The position numbers and the translations under genes were made by a program. The notes beneath the pieces are model-generated. The model was not told where the DNA came from, searched no databases, and saw nothing but the letters and a program-made list of their open reading frames with translations. A stretch of DNA of 64,000 bases, taken from an uncultured virus (IMG/VR IMGVR_UViG_3300032073_000004). Its lineage: Duplodnaviria > Heunggongvirae > Uroviricota > Caudoviricetes. The DNA is taken from IMG/VR virus record IMGVR_UViG_3300032073_000004, positions 1 through 64,000 of that record. One strand, given 5' to 3'. Below, piece by piece: positions 9,290-17,131 of this stretch (its first letter is position 1; the number at the start of each line of letters is the position of its first letter).

Positions 9290-10402
9290 TTAACTGTTAT
9301 CCCATCCTGCGGCGGTTTCGCCTATTGATGAACTAAACTCCAAATCTCCGCCTGACCACGTTACCGATGTCGCTGACGGGATATTATAATCTGTGTTTCC
9401 TGCTACCCAGTTTGCCTCAATTCTCTTGTGAGTGTTGTAAGTCCAAGTAGGTTCAGCTATATCAGTGGTGCCCCAGCCATGGCCAGTCTCACCCATTGAC
9501 GCGCTAAATTCTAACTCGCTGCCGCCGAAAGTAGGTGCGCTTGTTGCATGGATGTCCCAGTCGGTATCCCCTGCATTAAAACTGATAGGTCCAATTCTCT
9601 TATGAGAACCATAAGTCCAAGTAGGTTCAGCGGGGTCTGTTGCACCGTATCCTTGGCCTGATTCGCCCATTGCACTGCTAAACTCCAAATCTCCGCCTGC
9701 CCACGTTACCGATGTCGTTGACGGGATATTATAATCTGTGTTTCCTGCTACCCAGTTTGCCTCAATTCTCTTGTGAGTATTGTAAGTCCAGGTAGGTTCA
9801 GCTACATCAGTGGTGCCCCAGCCTTGGCCAGTCTCGCCCATTGATGAACTAAATTCTAGCTCACTGCCACCGAAAGTAGGTGCGCTTGTTGCATGGATGT
9901 CCCAGTCGGTATCTCCTGCATTAAAAAGTGTATATAATTGTCTGGTGAATGTTCTCGGAACTGTTACTAAATTGTCAGTAAACCAGTTGCCATTTCTGCA
10001 GTAATACATCGTTGCGCCTTTGGCAAAATATTGAGCTGCATCATTACTAACAGCAACAGAGCCGCCGTTGGCAATTGCCCCTTTGGTCAGGCCCTTTGAG
10101 CTATTCATGTAAAAAACATATCCATTGTAGTTAGATGGGGTGCCTGCTAAGGTGTTTAAGATTGATATGTCGCCTTCCGAACTGCTCTCGTATAAAGGAA
10201 TACGAAACATGCCACTAACAATGGCTCCTTGGCCAGTTAAGGCGTTCTGGTTAGTGCCGCCGTCAAATTCTACTGAAGCTGAAATTTCAACTACTCTGTT
10301 GTCGCCTCCTGCCGCAAGGACAAGAGAGCCATCATCTTTCATGATGTGAACCGAAGTACCGGAGCCTGTGGTTACTTGTAGTGTTGTTTTCTTATATCCC
10401 AT
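9290..10402 (-). CDS. Adaptor/scaffold-like virion protein with four C-terminal ~57-aa repeats (a-b-a-b)
   Basis: N-terminal ~145 aa paralogous to 4085..4522. Repeats FNAGDTDWDIHATSAPTFGGSELEFS... and WVAGNTDYNIPS.TSVTW.GGDLEFS... alternate; DNA period 345 nt; SD GGAGG. Confidence 0.8.
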   Translation of the reverse strand: MGYKKTTLQVTTGSGTSVHIMKDDGSLVLAAGGDNRVVEISASVEFDGGTNQNALTGQGAIVSGMFRIPLYESSSEGDISILNTLAGTPSNYNGYVFYMNSSKGLTKGAIANGGSVAVSNDAAQYFAKGATMYYCRNGNWFTDNLVTVPRTFTRQLYTLFNAGDTDWDIHATSAPTFGGSELEFSSSMGETGQGWGTTDVAEPTWTYNTHKRIEANWVAGNTDYNIPSTTSVTWAGGDLEFSSAMGESGQGYGATDPAEPTWTYGSHKRIGPISFNAGDTDWDIHATSAPTFGGSELEFSASMGETGHGWGTTDIAEPTWTYNTHKRIEANWVAGNTDYNIPSATSVTWSGGDLEFSSSIGETAAGWDNS

Positions 10403-10458
10403 GCTTCCATTCCTCCAGGGCGCGTTTGAACGAGAACCTACCTCGCATAGTTACAAGT

Positions 10459-10467
10459 TAAATAGTA
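10459..10467 (-). promoter_or_regulatory. Candidate late promoter motif TACTATTTA
   Basis: Intergenic, ~57 nt upstream of the start at 10402; identical 9-mer at 30871-30879 in another intergenic gap. Confidence 0.55.
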
Positions 10468-10495
10468 GGAAACAAGGTACAATTCCTTATTTTTT

Positions 10496-13486
10496 TTAGC
10501 CGCAATGATAAGTGCAGCCCACAAAGGCTGCGCGGTAGGTCGATCCGTCATGAGAGATCTCAACACATTCGTAACTGCTGGAATTTAAGTCAAAGTCACA
10601 ATCTTGTGTTATCTTTGCAACAGTGTAGTTGTGAAGCAAGTCATCATCTTGTTTCATGCCGTATCCCGGAATTTCACAAGTGGTGATATAATCTCCATTC
10701 TCTAGGTTGCCATTGATGTTGCTAATCCAAACACCGCCCTCGCCGAGTGAGTTGATATAAAGTCTATTATCAGAAGAATCGCTCTTCTCCATGATAGTGG
10801 TATAGATGCCATGCTTGTAAGTTCTTGTAGCTTCATTCTCGTCTTCTGAGTCTGACACAACACCGAAAACAGATTTCTGGTTTCTAGCCGTTGCAAGCTT
10901 TACTTTTGGAATTGCCTCATTGATAGATATGTTTGAGTTGGCAGGTGTTAGGTTCGAGTACGTCCCGTCACTAATAACAATCTTGCCAACGCTTGAGGAG
11001 AGAGATGTGTAAGAAGTTGAGTCAGATGGTGTGCACCTGTGTTGGCCTGTAAAGGTAATGTTGTTTACATCAGCACCATCATCTAGATATCCTTTCGAGG
11101 AACCATTGAAAGAGAAGTTCAAATTCTCCGCTGTAGAATGCCAAAGCGTCCAAGTGTCGTCATTTCCAGACTGAATTATTGATAATCCACCAAGGTTTGC
11201 GGCATCAGCACCCTGCTTGACCTGTAGCATTCCCTCATCGGTTTGATAGTCGATGCCCACATATACCCTTCCGGAGTCCACAATTCCCATTCTTAGGGTG
11301 CCTGCGACGTTGTAGTCCGTGTTGTCTGGCTTAGTGTAGAAGTACATATTTGCACCCTTGTCACTGGAGCCCATTGTTTCTCCTGCCGTTGCAACGATAT
11401 ATGCAGCAGGATCACCACCGTCGATGCCGCCATCGGTGGTGTCCCATCCTATTCTACCAAGCTCGTCTCCGAGGGTAGTCGTAGCATCACTACGAACTAA
11501 AGTCAGTCGTCCACCAGAGGAATTATCTATTTGTAAATCTACTTGTGGACTGTCTGTTCCTATGCCTATTTTGCCGTCATTCTTGATCCTCATCCGCTCG
11601 GTATTATTCGTGCCGAAGTAAAGATCGTAGTTAGCCGATACATTCAGATAAGTGTTGCCGTCGGTATTTATAGAATTGCCGTCAATGTGCATATTGGTGC
11701 TACTGTCTGTTATTTTTACTCCGGCGTTGGCCAAAGTAAGGCTTCCAATGTCACCAACTGTAGCGTTCTTTGTGACATGCAACTGCGTTCCTACTGCGAC
11801 ACCACTATCGTTGATGTGCAAAGAATCTGCTGCAGCATCTCTGTCTATCCTGAAAATGTTCGTATCTGAAGTACTATTATTTCTCATTCCGACATTCAGC
11901 ATGCCGTTACCAAATCCAGATGCAGCATCGCCGTCATAATCCATGAACGCGCCGTAATTCATTACCTGGCTATCATCAGTATCTTCTGCAAATTCAAGTC
12001 TTGCTGAAAAGTTAGAAGCTGCTGCTGCATCTGCGCCTAGACGAAGTGAGACTGTTCCGCCGTCTGCGTCTCCCTCGATTGATAAGTTTGCAGCCGGAGT
12101 GGTTGTGCCTATGCCAACCCTGTTATTCGAGGAGTCCACATGAAGGGTGTCTGTATCAACTGTGAGTCCTGTGGAAACAATAGTGCCATCTACATCTAGT
12201 TCATGAGCCGGGGAACCTACTCCGTTAATTCCCACCCTGCCCGTAGAGGCGTCACATATGAATAGCGGGTTGCCTTGGTTGGAGCCGTTACCCTTGACAA
12301 CAAAGTCAACATTGTTACCACCATCATTGATAGTAACTTCATGAGGAGCAGATCCTTTCTCCTCCATCGTGACCATTGCTTTGCCGCCGGCTTTGAGGAT
12401 TATCTTGTCATCGGCGAAGTTGATGAGTGTGTTAGTATCTCCATTGTGGTAGATGTACTGATCGAGCACAAGATCGCCGGCGATGGTGGCAGTTCCAGAT
12501 TCAAGCTTCAACACTTCATCGTTTGCATTTCCGCAATGAACTCTTACTTCCTCATCCATGAGTCGTATTTTTGTGGTGGTGCTGCTATCTGTTTTTCGCC
12601 TAATTACGTCTACATATGCATCATCAAACTCTAAGCCGTTTCCCTTCCCATAGTATGCTGATGCTGAAACTGGCGCAGTAGAATAGAGCGCATATGGAGC
12701 TGGAGTGAATTCGATGGCATCGATTGCTAGATCGCTTCTATAACCGCCAGTGGTGTACCCATTGATGCGGATGTGCAGAGCAGAGCCCAAATACGAAGTT
12801 AGGTCCACTTCTCCCCTCTTCCAGGCATCACCCTGATTGGCTTGCTGTTCTCCAGAAATTGAAGATACTGCAGAAGGTGAACCATCTGCATCTTTAGTTA
12901 TTGTCATTCCCGTCCAAGAAGAGCCGTCTGTACTCGCAGAGATATGAAGGCTGCCCATATCGTCACCATGCATGTGATAATAAAAAGACATTTTACCAAT
13001 TTCAGAAGCTTCTGCTGCTGTAAAGCTTCTCTGCATGACATAAAATACGTTTGACCCATCATTATTCGCGGTTTGGGCGGCGGAAGCCTCGGCAAAAACG
13101 TAGTTGCTACCGGAGTGTGGTCCGGTGGGTCCGGTGGTGCCAGATGGTGTACCGCCGTCGCTGGTCTGCCACTCGTAGCCGTTTGCTATAGTTTGCCCAG
13201 TCTTTGAGCCTGCACCGTTAGTCCAAGTGCCATTCGATGATGGGTTTCCTGGTGATACCAGATCTGCTGTCAGGCCATCAAAGCTTTCTCGGTAAAGTGT
13301 TGTGCTGGTGTTATATGCAGTTGGTGGCATTCCCTTAATGCGACCAATAATTTCCTGAGAGCCTGTCATGGCGATTACATCAGTGCCATCATTGCCGATT
13401 TTAATACTGCCAGAAGCATACATGACGAAGCCGTAATTACCGCTGCCGTCCTTGTAGCCTAGAGCCCTATTTCTGTTTCCCGACAT
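10496..13486 (-). CDS. Tail fibre protein with N-terminal MAM domain and C-terminal intramolecular-chaperone-like domain
   Basis: MAM-like motifs (TPSGTTGP..HSGSNYVFAEAS, SFYYHMHG..MGSL, W....VDL, SDLAIDAI). Fibre repeats RVGIGTTTP, ERMRIKNDGKIGIGTDSP. C-terminal FTGQH...NSLGEG..W...GDYITT...VGCTYHCG. Confidence 0.85.
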   Translation of the reverse strand: MSGNRNRALGYKDGSGNYGFVMYASGSIKIGNDGTDVIAMTGSQEIIGRIKGMPPTAYNTSTTLYRESFDGLTADLVSPGNPSSNGTWTNGAGSKTGQTIANGYEWQTSDGGTPSGTTGPTGPHSGSNYVFAEASAAQTANNDGSNVFYVMQRSFTAAEASEIGKMSFYYHMHGDDMGSLHISASTDGSSWTGMTITKDADGSPSAVSSISGEQQANQGDAWKRGEVDLTSYLGSALHIRINGYTTGGYRSDLAIDAIEFTPAPYALYSTAPVSASAYYGKGNGLEFDDAYVDVIRRKTDSSTTTKIRLMDEEVRVHCGNANDEVLKLESGTATIAGDLVLDQYIYHNGDTNTLINFADDKIILKAGGKAMVTMEEKGSAPHEVTINDGGNNVDFVVKGNGSNQGNPLFICDASTGRVGINGVGSPAHELDVDGTIVSTGLTVDTDTLHVDSSNNRVGIGTTTPAANLSIEGDADGGTVSLRLGADAAAASNFSARLEFAEDTDDSQVMNYGAFMDYDGDAASGFGNGMLNVGMRNNSTSDTNIFRIDRDAAADSLHINDSGVAVGTQLHVTKNATVGDIGSLTLANAGVKITDSSTNMHIDGNSINTDGNTYLNVSANYDLYFGTNNTERMRIKNDGKIGIGTDSPQVDLQIDNSSGGRLTLVRSDATTTLGDELGRIGWDTTDGGIDGGDPAAYIVATAGETMGSSDKGANMYFYTKPDNTDYNVAGTLRMGIVDSGRVYVGIDYQTDEGMLQVKQGADAANLGGLSIIQSGNDDTWTLWHSTAENLNFSFNGSSKGYLDDGADVNNITFTGQHRCTPSDSTSYTSLSSSVGKIVISDGTYSNLTPANSNISINEAIPKVKLATARNQKSVFGVVSDSEDENEATRTYKHGIYTTIMEKSDSSDNRLYINSLGEGGVWISNINGNLENGDYITTCEIPGYGMKQDDDLLHNYTVAKITQDCDFDLNSSSYECVEISHDGSTYRAAFVGCTYHCG

Positions 13487-13902
13487 TAACCAACTCCAGC
13501 AGAACCAGACCAGTTTGTATGAAGCTCATCTGTCGGAATGGAGGTCAGTCCAGCAACGATATCGACGGAATCAGTTACCGCAGAGCCGTGAGAAAGAAGG
13601 AAGATATCCTTAACCTTTATCTCCATTCTCGACATATCTGTGGGGGTAGTGTTCCCCTTATGTACGGTAAAATAGTTTGTGCCCTCGACTCCGGCCTTGG
13701 AAAAACCAACTCTTATGTTTTGGTTGGAGCGGTTAATAACCGTGAACCATCGAGTGACATGTGGGAAAGATATTTGAGTGGCATCACCATTGCTCGCCTC
13801 TACATCCACACTGCCTGTTGCAAACGGAATACCAGATACCTGATATGCTGCCGTTGTCTTTAGGCCATTTTGGTGTTTAAATTGTTTTGGATCATATGAC
13901 AT
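13486..13902 (-). CDS. Hypothetical beta-rich virion protein
   Basis: 138-aa ORF; stop overlaps the next start (TAATG); AYQVSGIPFATGS, FPHVTRWFTV. Confidence 0.7.
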   Translation of the reverse strand: MSYDPKQFKHQNGLKTTAAYQVSGIPFATGSVDVEASNGDATQISFPHVTRWFTVINRSNQNIRVGFSKAGVEGTNYFTVHKGNTTPTDMSRMEIKVKDIFLLSHGSAVTDSVDIVAGLTSIPTDELHTNWSGSAGVG

Positions 13903-13907
13903 TGTTT

Positions 13908-14117
13908 TTACCTCGCAAGTTCTTTCTTTTTCTTCTTCTGAGCATCTCTAATGGCTTTTTGCTTTGCTAATCTCTTAACATCAGAAGGTTTTTTATAAAA
14001 TCTTTTTTGTTTCACTGCATCAACAATCTTTGACTTTTTTGTCTTTTTCATGAACCTCTTAATAAGAGCCTCTACGCTCTCTCCTTTACGCAGCTTTACA
14101 CTAAAGTTTTGAGACAT
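13908..14117 (-). CDS. rpsU: Phage-encoded 30S ribosomal protein bS21
   Basis: 69 aa, basic; V.LRKGESVEALIKRF.KK...I.....KRFYKKPS..KR matches the bS21 signature (E..E.AL.RF, Y.KPS). Confidence 0.88.
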   Translation of the reverse strand: MSQNFSVKLRKGESVEALIKRFMKKTKKSKIVDAVKQKRFYKKPSDVKRLAKQKAIRDAQKKKKKELAR

Positions 14118-14118
14118 C

Positions 14119-14538
14119 CTATACCAACTTTCTCCAGTTAGGGTTTACAAAAGAACTAATGTCTACACCAGTATCACTCGGATCAACATCCGAAAGTGCA
14201 TTTCCAGCGCCAGCCTGTGGGCTTCTCGCTGCAGGAGCAGGCGTTGTTCCCTCAAAAATATTAACACCATTGAATCTCTCTGAGCCCATAGACTCTAACA
14301 TCTTCTCCCTGACTTCTTTCATCTTCTTTTTTTCGACTCTAGGTAGAGCTTTTTGCTCTTTTATCTCTTTTGGCTCTTGTGTCTTTTCGCTGGGAGTTTC
14401 TATTCCTTCGGAAATCTGCTGCACTACTTTTGTCAACAAACCCTCTTCTAGAAGCATCTCGCTTATACACTCTTTAATAATTGGCTTTAAAACCTCTGTC
14501 AACTTCTTCTTATTCATTGATCGCACCCATATCCCCAA
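14119..14538 (-). CDS. Hypothetical head-region protein (likely start at MNKKKL, ~14517)
   Basis: ORF in the head module with N-terminal LKPIIKECISEMLLEEG. Confidence 0.7.
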   Translation of the reverse strand: MGIWVRSMNKKKLTEVLKPIIKECISEMLLEEGLLTKVVQQISEGIETPSEKTQEPKEIKEQKALPRVEKKKMKEVREKMLESMGSERFNGVNIFEGTTPAPAARSPQAGAGNALSDVDPSDTGVDISSFVNPNWRKLV

Positions 14539-14779
14539 GGCCGTCTTCTAGTTCTGGTGTTGGTTCTTCTTTTCTAGCTATTGACTTCAGGCCTCTATAT
14601 AGGTCTTCGCATTCTTGTTCAGATGGTAAAACCGGAGGCTCTCTAAGTAGGCCCTGTGCTACGGTCGCGAGCATGCCTTTTACGCTATCTAAAGATGCGT
14701 CGTTTTCGGTAATTTCGGAAGAGAAGTTCTCTACCTCTTCTTTTATGATTTGTTTTAATCTGCCCTTAGTTATTTTCAT
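14510..14779 (-). CDS. Small acidic protein with MKITKGRLKQIIKEE N-terminus (possible internal head protein)
   Basis: 89 aa, directly downstream of the prohead protease and overlapping its stop. Confidence 0.65.
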   Translation of the reverse strand: MKITKGRLKQIIKEEVENFSSEITENDASLDSVKGMLATVAQGLLREPPVLPSEQECEDLYRGLKSIARKEEPTPELEDGLGDMGAINE

Positions 14780-15398
14780 TTCTGTGTCTCCATAAGATAT
14801 TGTTTAAGCTTCTAAAAACATTGTCTTGTTTGTTATAAACGTTTGTCTCTTTCGATTCCTTCATCATCATAAAAGCTCCTGGCGTTGATGGCTCGGAAAC
14901 GAAGTCAAAGCAAATAAGTTGGAAGTCGTCTTGGACTTGTGAGATAGGGCCGTCTGGGGATTGTACCGTAGTGACAGAGCCCATTCCTCTCGATGAAATA
15001 CCCATCTTACATTCAGCGGCAACGAGGGACTTTAAAATCTTTCCAGATGGTGTGTCAAGAACTTTTACCTTGCCCATAACGGCGTCGCCGTCCCACCAAA
15101 CAGAAGTCACCATATGAGATACATTTGCGAGGTTTACAATGGATGAGTCTGGGTGGTCTAATTCTCCCAAAGCTCTATTATCCTCTACCACTCTTTGGTA
15201 GTTTTCCATTTCTCTTTTCAGAACTTCTTCTGAATATACACGGTTGTTTCCGTTCTTCACGTTACACTTTTGCATAATGCCGACCAAATACAGGGCACCA
15301 TGCTCTTTCATGTCTCTCTTCTCTGCCTCGGTCAACATGTCAGCGCATGTGTTACCGTCGCAAAGTTCATAATATTCTCGAAGTAAATACTTAGTCAT
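14766..15398 (-). CDS. Prohead core protease (T4 gp21-like)
   Basis: NGNNRVY, ALGELDHP, GISSRGMGS, DFVSEPSTPGA motifs. Confidence 0.93.
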   Translation of the reverse strand: MTKYLLREYYELCDGNTCADMLTEAEKRDMKEHGALYLVGIMQKCNVKNGNNRVYSEEVLKREMENYQRVVEDNRALGELDHPDSSIVNLANVSHMVTSVWWDGDAVMGKVKVLDTPSGKILKSLVAAECKMGISSRGMGSVTTVQSPDGPISQVQDDFQLICFDFVSEPSTPGAFMMMKESKETNVYNKQDNVFRSLNNILWRHRNENN

Positions 15399-15414
15399 AT
15401 CTTATCCTCTCAAA

Positions 15415-15431
15415 GACGGGCACGACCCGTC
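15415..15431 (-). promoter_or_regulatory. GC-rich hairpin immediately 5' of the protease RBS
   Basis: GACGGG-UCGUG-CCCGUC followed by UUUGAGAGG and the ATG at 15398. Confidence 0.5.
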
Positions 15432-15435
15432 CGAG

Positions 15436-15498
15436 TTAGCAGCCCTTTCTGCACCTACGAACTGGTTGTAACATCCATTTCTGGTTCCACATGTTCAT
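15436..15498 (-). CDS. Candidate 20-aa microprotein MNMWNQKWMLQPVRRCRKGC
   Basis: ATG at 15498, TAA at 15436-15438; overlaps the end of 15455..15775 in another frame and fills the gap to the hairpin. Confidence 0.4.
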   Translation of the reverse strand: MNMWNQKWMLQPVRRCRKGC

Positions 15499-15775
15499 GT
15501 CTTATACCCCAATCGCCAACAAGTTGGCTCAGAAAATAACTCGTCCCAGAGGATAAACAGCCTAATAAAAAAGCTGTTATGGCACCTCTGTCAAACATAA
15601 ATAGTGAAGTGAAAGGGGAAAATGCCCACAAAAGAACGCCAACCCAGAAACCTAAACACATTGGACAGTGAAAGAATGAATTTTTTGGCCTAACCTTGTT
15701 AAATACTCGACCATAAGCCAGGATCATCGTCAAGCCATAGGCTGACAACACAAAGTACAATAATTCATCGAACAC
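15455..15775 (-). CDS. Small membrane protein with CxxC (DUF1360-like)
   Basis: Three hydrophobic segments; FHCPMCLGFWVG motif. Confidence 0.7.
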   Translation of the reverse strand: MFDELLYFVLSAYGLTMILAYGRVFNKVRPKNSFFHCPMCLGFWVGVLLWAFSPFTSLFMFDRGAITAFLLGCLSSGTSYFLSQLVGDWGIRHEHVEPEMDVTTSS

Positions 15776-16335
15776 TAATAGTATCCTCTGATATACCTTC
15801 TTGATCTACTCGGCTCGATAGAACCTTTCTTCTCTCCGTGTTTTACATCGCCTAGCTCTGTAGAATCTTCAGCGTCGGGTGATGTCATCTTGTCTATTTC
15901 CTGATTTCTGTAGCTCTGGTCGTAAGCGAAATATGGTTGCTCTTCTTCCATGAATTTAGCAACAGATAACATAGCAAAGTTTTCAGCGGCATAATTTTCA
16001 ATGTTCGACTCCGGGTATGTCGCTTCCATTGAGCCATACACATTTCCGCCTTGGACGCTCTCTGGAATTACTACGCCATGCCTAAAAAGATAGTCGAACA
16101 TTCTAGACTGTGCAGCATACACGCTATCGTTGAGAGACTCTTTAGCAAATGCAACGATCTTCTTTTTCTCTGGCATGATAACAATGTCCATATCAATGTG
16201 GTCAAATATCATGACATTTCCGTCGATGCTTCTTCGGGCCTTCAATTTAAAAGTTAGACCCTCGTCCGTATTCTGCACTCTTGAGTTTTGTCCGTCTTTG
16301 TCGAATTTTACTTTAATTGGCATTTTGCTTCTCAC
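15775..16335 (-). CDS. Hypothetical protein (head module)
   Basis: 186-aa ORF tightly coupled to neighbours; likely start MPIKV. Confidence 0.7.
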   Translation of the reverse strand: MRSKMPIKVKFDKDGQNSRVQNTDEGLTFKLKARRSIDGNVMIFDHIDMDIVIMPEKKKIVAFAKESLNDSVYAAQSRMFDYLFRHGVVIPESVQGGNVYGSMEATYPESNIENYAAENFAMLSVAKFMEEEQPYFAYDQSYRNQEIDKMTSPDAEDSTELGDVKHGEKKGSIEPSRSRRYIRGYY

Positions 16336-17131
16336 TTAGCATCTCTTGGACTTCTAAGATCGTCATCAATGCTTTTTCGTCAATTTCTTTCTTTTTGTAG
16401 CTCTCTAGGATATCTACGACGTCGGACATCATCTTCGATACTTTCTCGTCGAGTGAACTCTTGCTTCTCTCAACTAGGGAACTTTTCAAGTTTGCCAACT
16501 CCTCGTTCAAGTGAATTTTGAACTCTAGGCCGTTGTCGATAAATGAAAGGATATACTTGCTCAATAGCTCTTTCTGTTCTTCAAGCAAATTTTCTGAATA
16601 TTTCTGATTGAACTTCTTTACAAATAAGTTAAAGGAAAGCTCGTCAATATGCTTCATCTTGTTTGGGTCTTCTTGACTCTTTGCGGTCATGCCTTCAATA
16701 AGAACTTTCTTTACCTTATACTTCTCTTGTGCTGCAGCTTTGTCACTAAACATAGTTGAAACGCTAGCAAGGCTCTTATAAGACGGTACGAAATTTCCGT
16801 AAAAGCTTCTATCCAAATTCTTGTTGATGAAGTTTATTAAACTCGTCTTTTGTTCGAAAAGCTTTTCCTTGTTCAAGGCAGAGTGCGCTCTGCAGTTTTC
16901 TTCAATAATGAAGTCTGCTTCGTCGCTTTCAATCTCTTTAGCGTCCAATACGCTCTTGTATAGGCTTAACTCCTTGTGGAGTTCTGTGCCTGTTTTAAAG
17001 TGTTCCTGCAAGGCTCTTTTGATAGTATCTCTTTTGTCGAGGTCTTTGCTTATCATAGCATTGGTCATCTCGACTACAAGTGATTCGTACAAAAAGCCAG
17101 TATTTCTTTTCTTATTATGCTTCTTGCTCAT
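16313..17131 (-). CDS. Portal-adjacent helical protein (KHNKKRNT motif)
   Basis: 272 aa, charged and helical; overlaps the end of the portal gene. Confidence 0.75.
   Translation of the reverse strand: MSKKHNKKRNTGFLYESLVVEMTNAMISKDLDKRDTIKRALQEHFKTGTELHKELSLYKSVLDAKEIESDEADFIIEENCRAHSALNKEKLFEQKTSLINFINKNLDRSFYGNFVPSYKSLASVSTMFSDKAAAQEKYKVKKVLIEGMTAKSQEDPNKMKHIDELSFNLFVKKFNQKYSENLLEEQKELLSKYILSFIDNGLEFKIHLNEELANLKSSLVERSKSSLDEKVSKMMSDVVDILESYKKKEIDEKALMTILEVQEMLSEKQNAN

Noticed and set aside
9300..9925. 345-nt direct repeat as a possible DGR template/variable pair
   Set aside because: Differences are not adenine-specific, both copies are in-frame coding, and no reverse transcriptase is present in the window.
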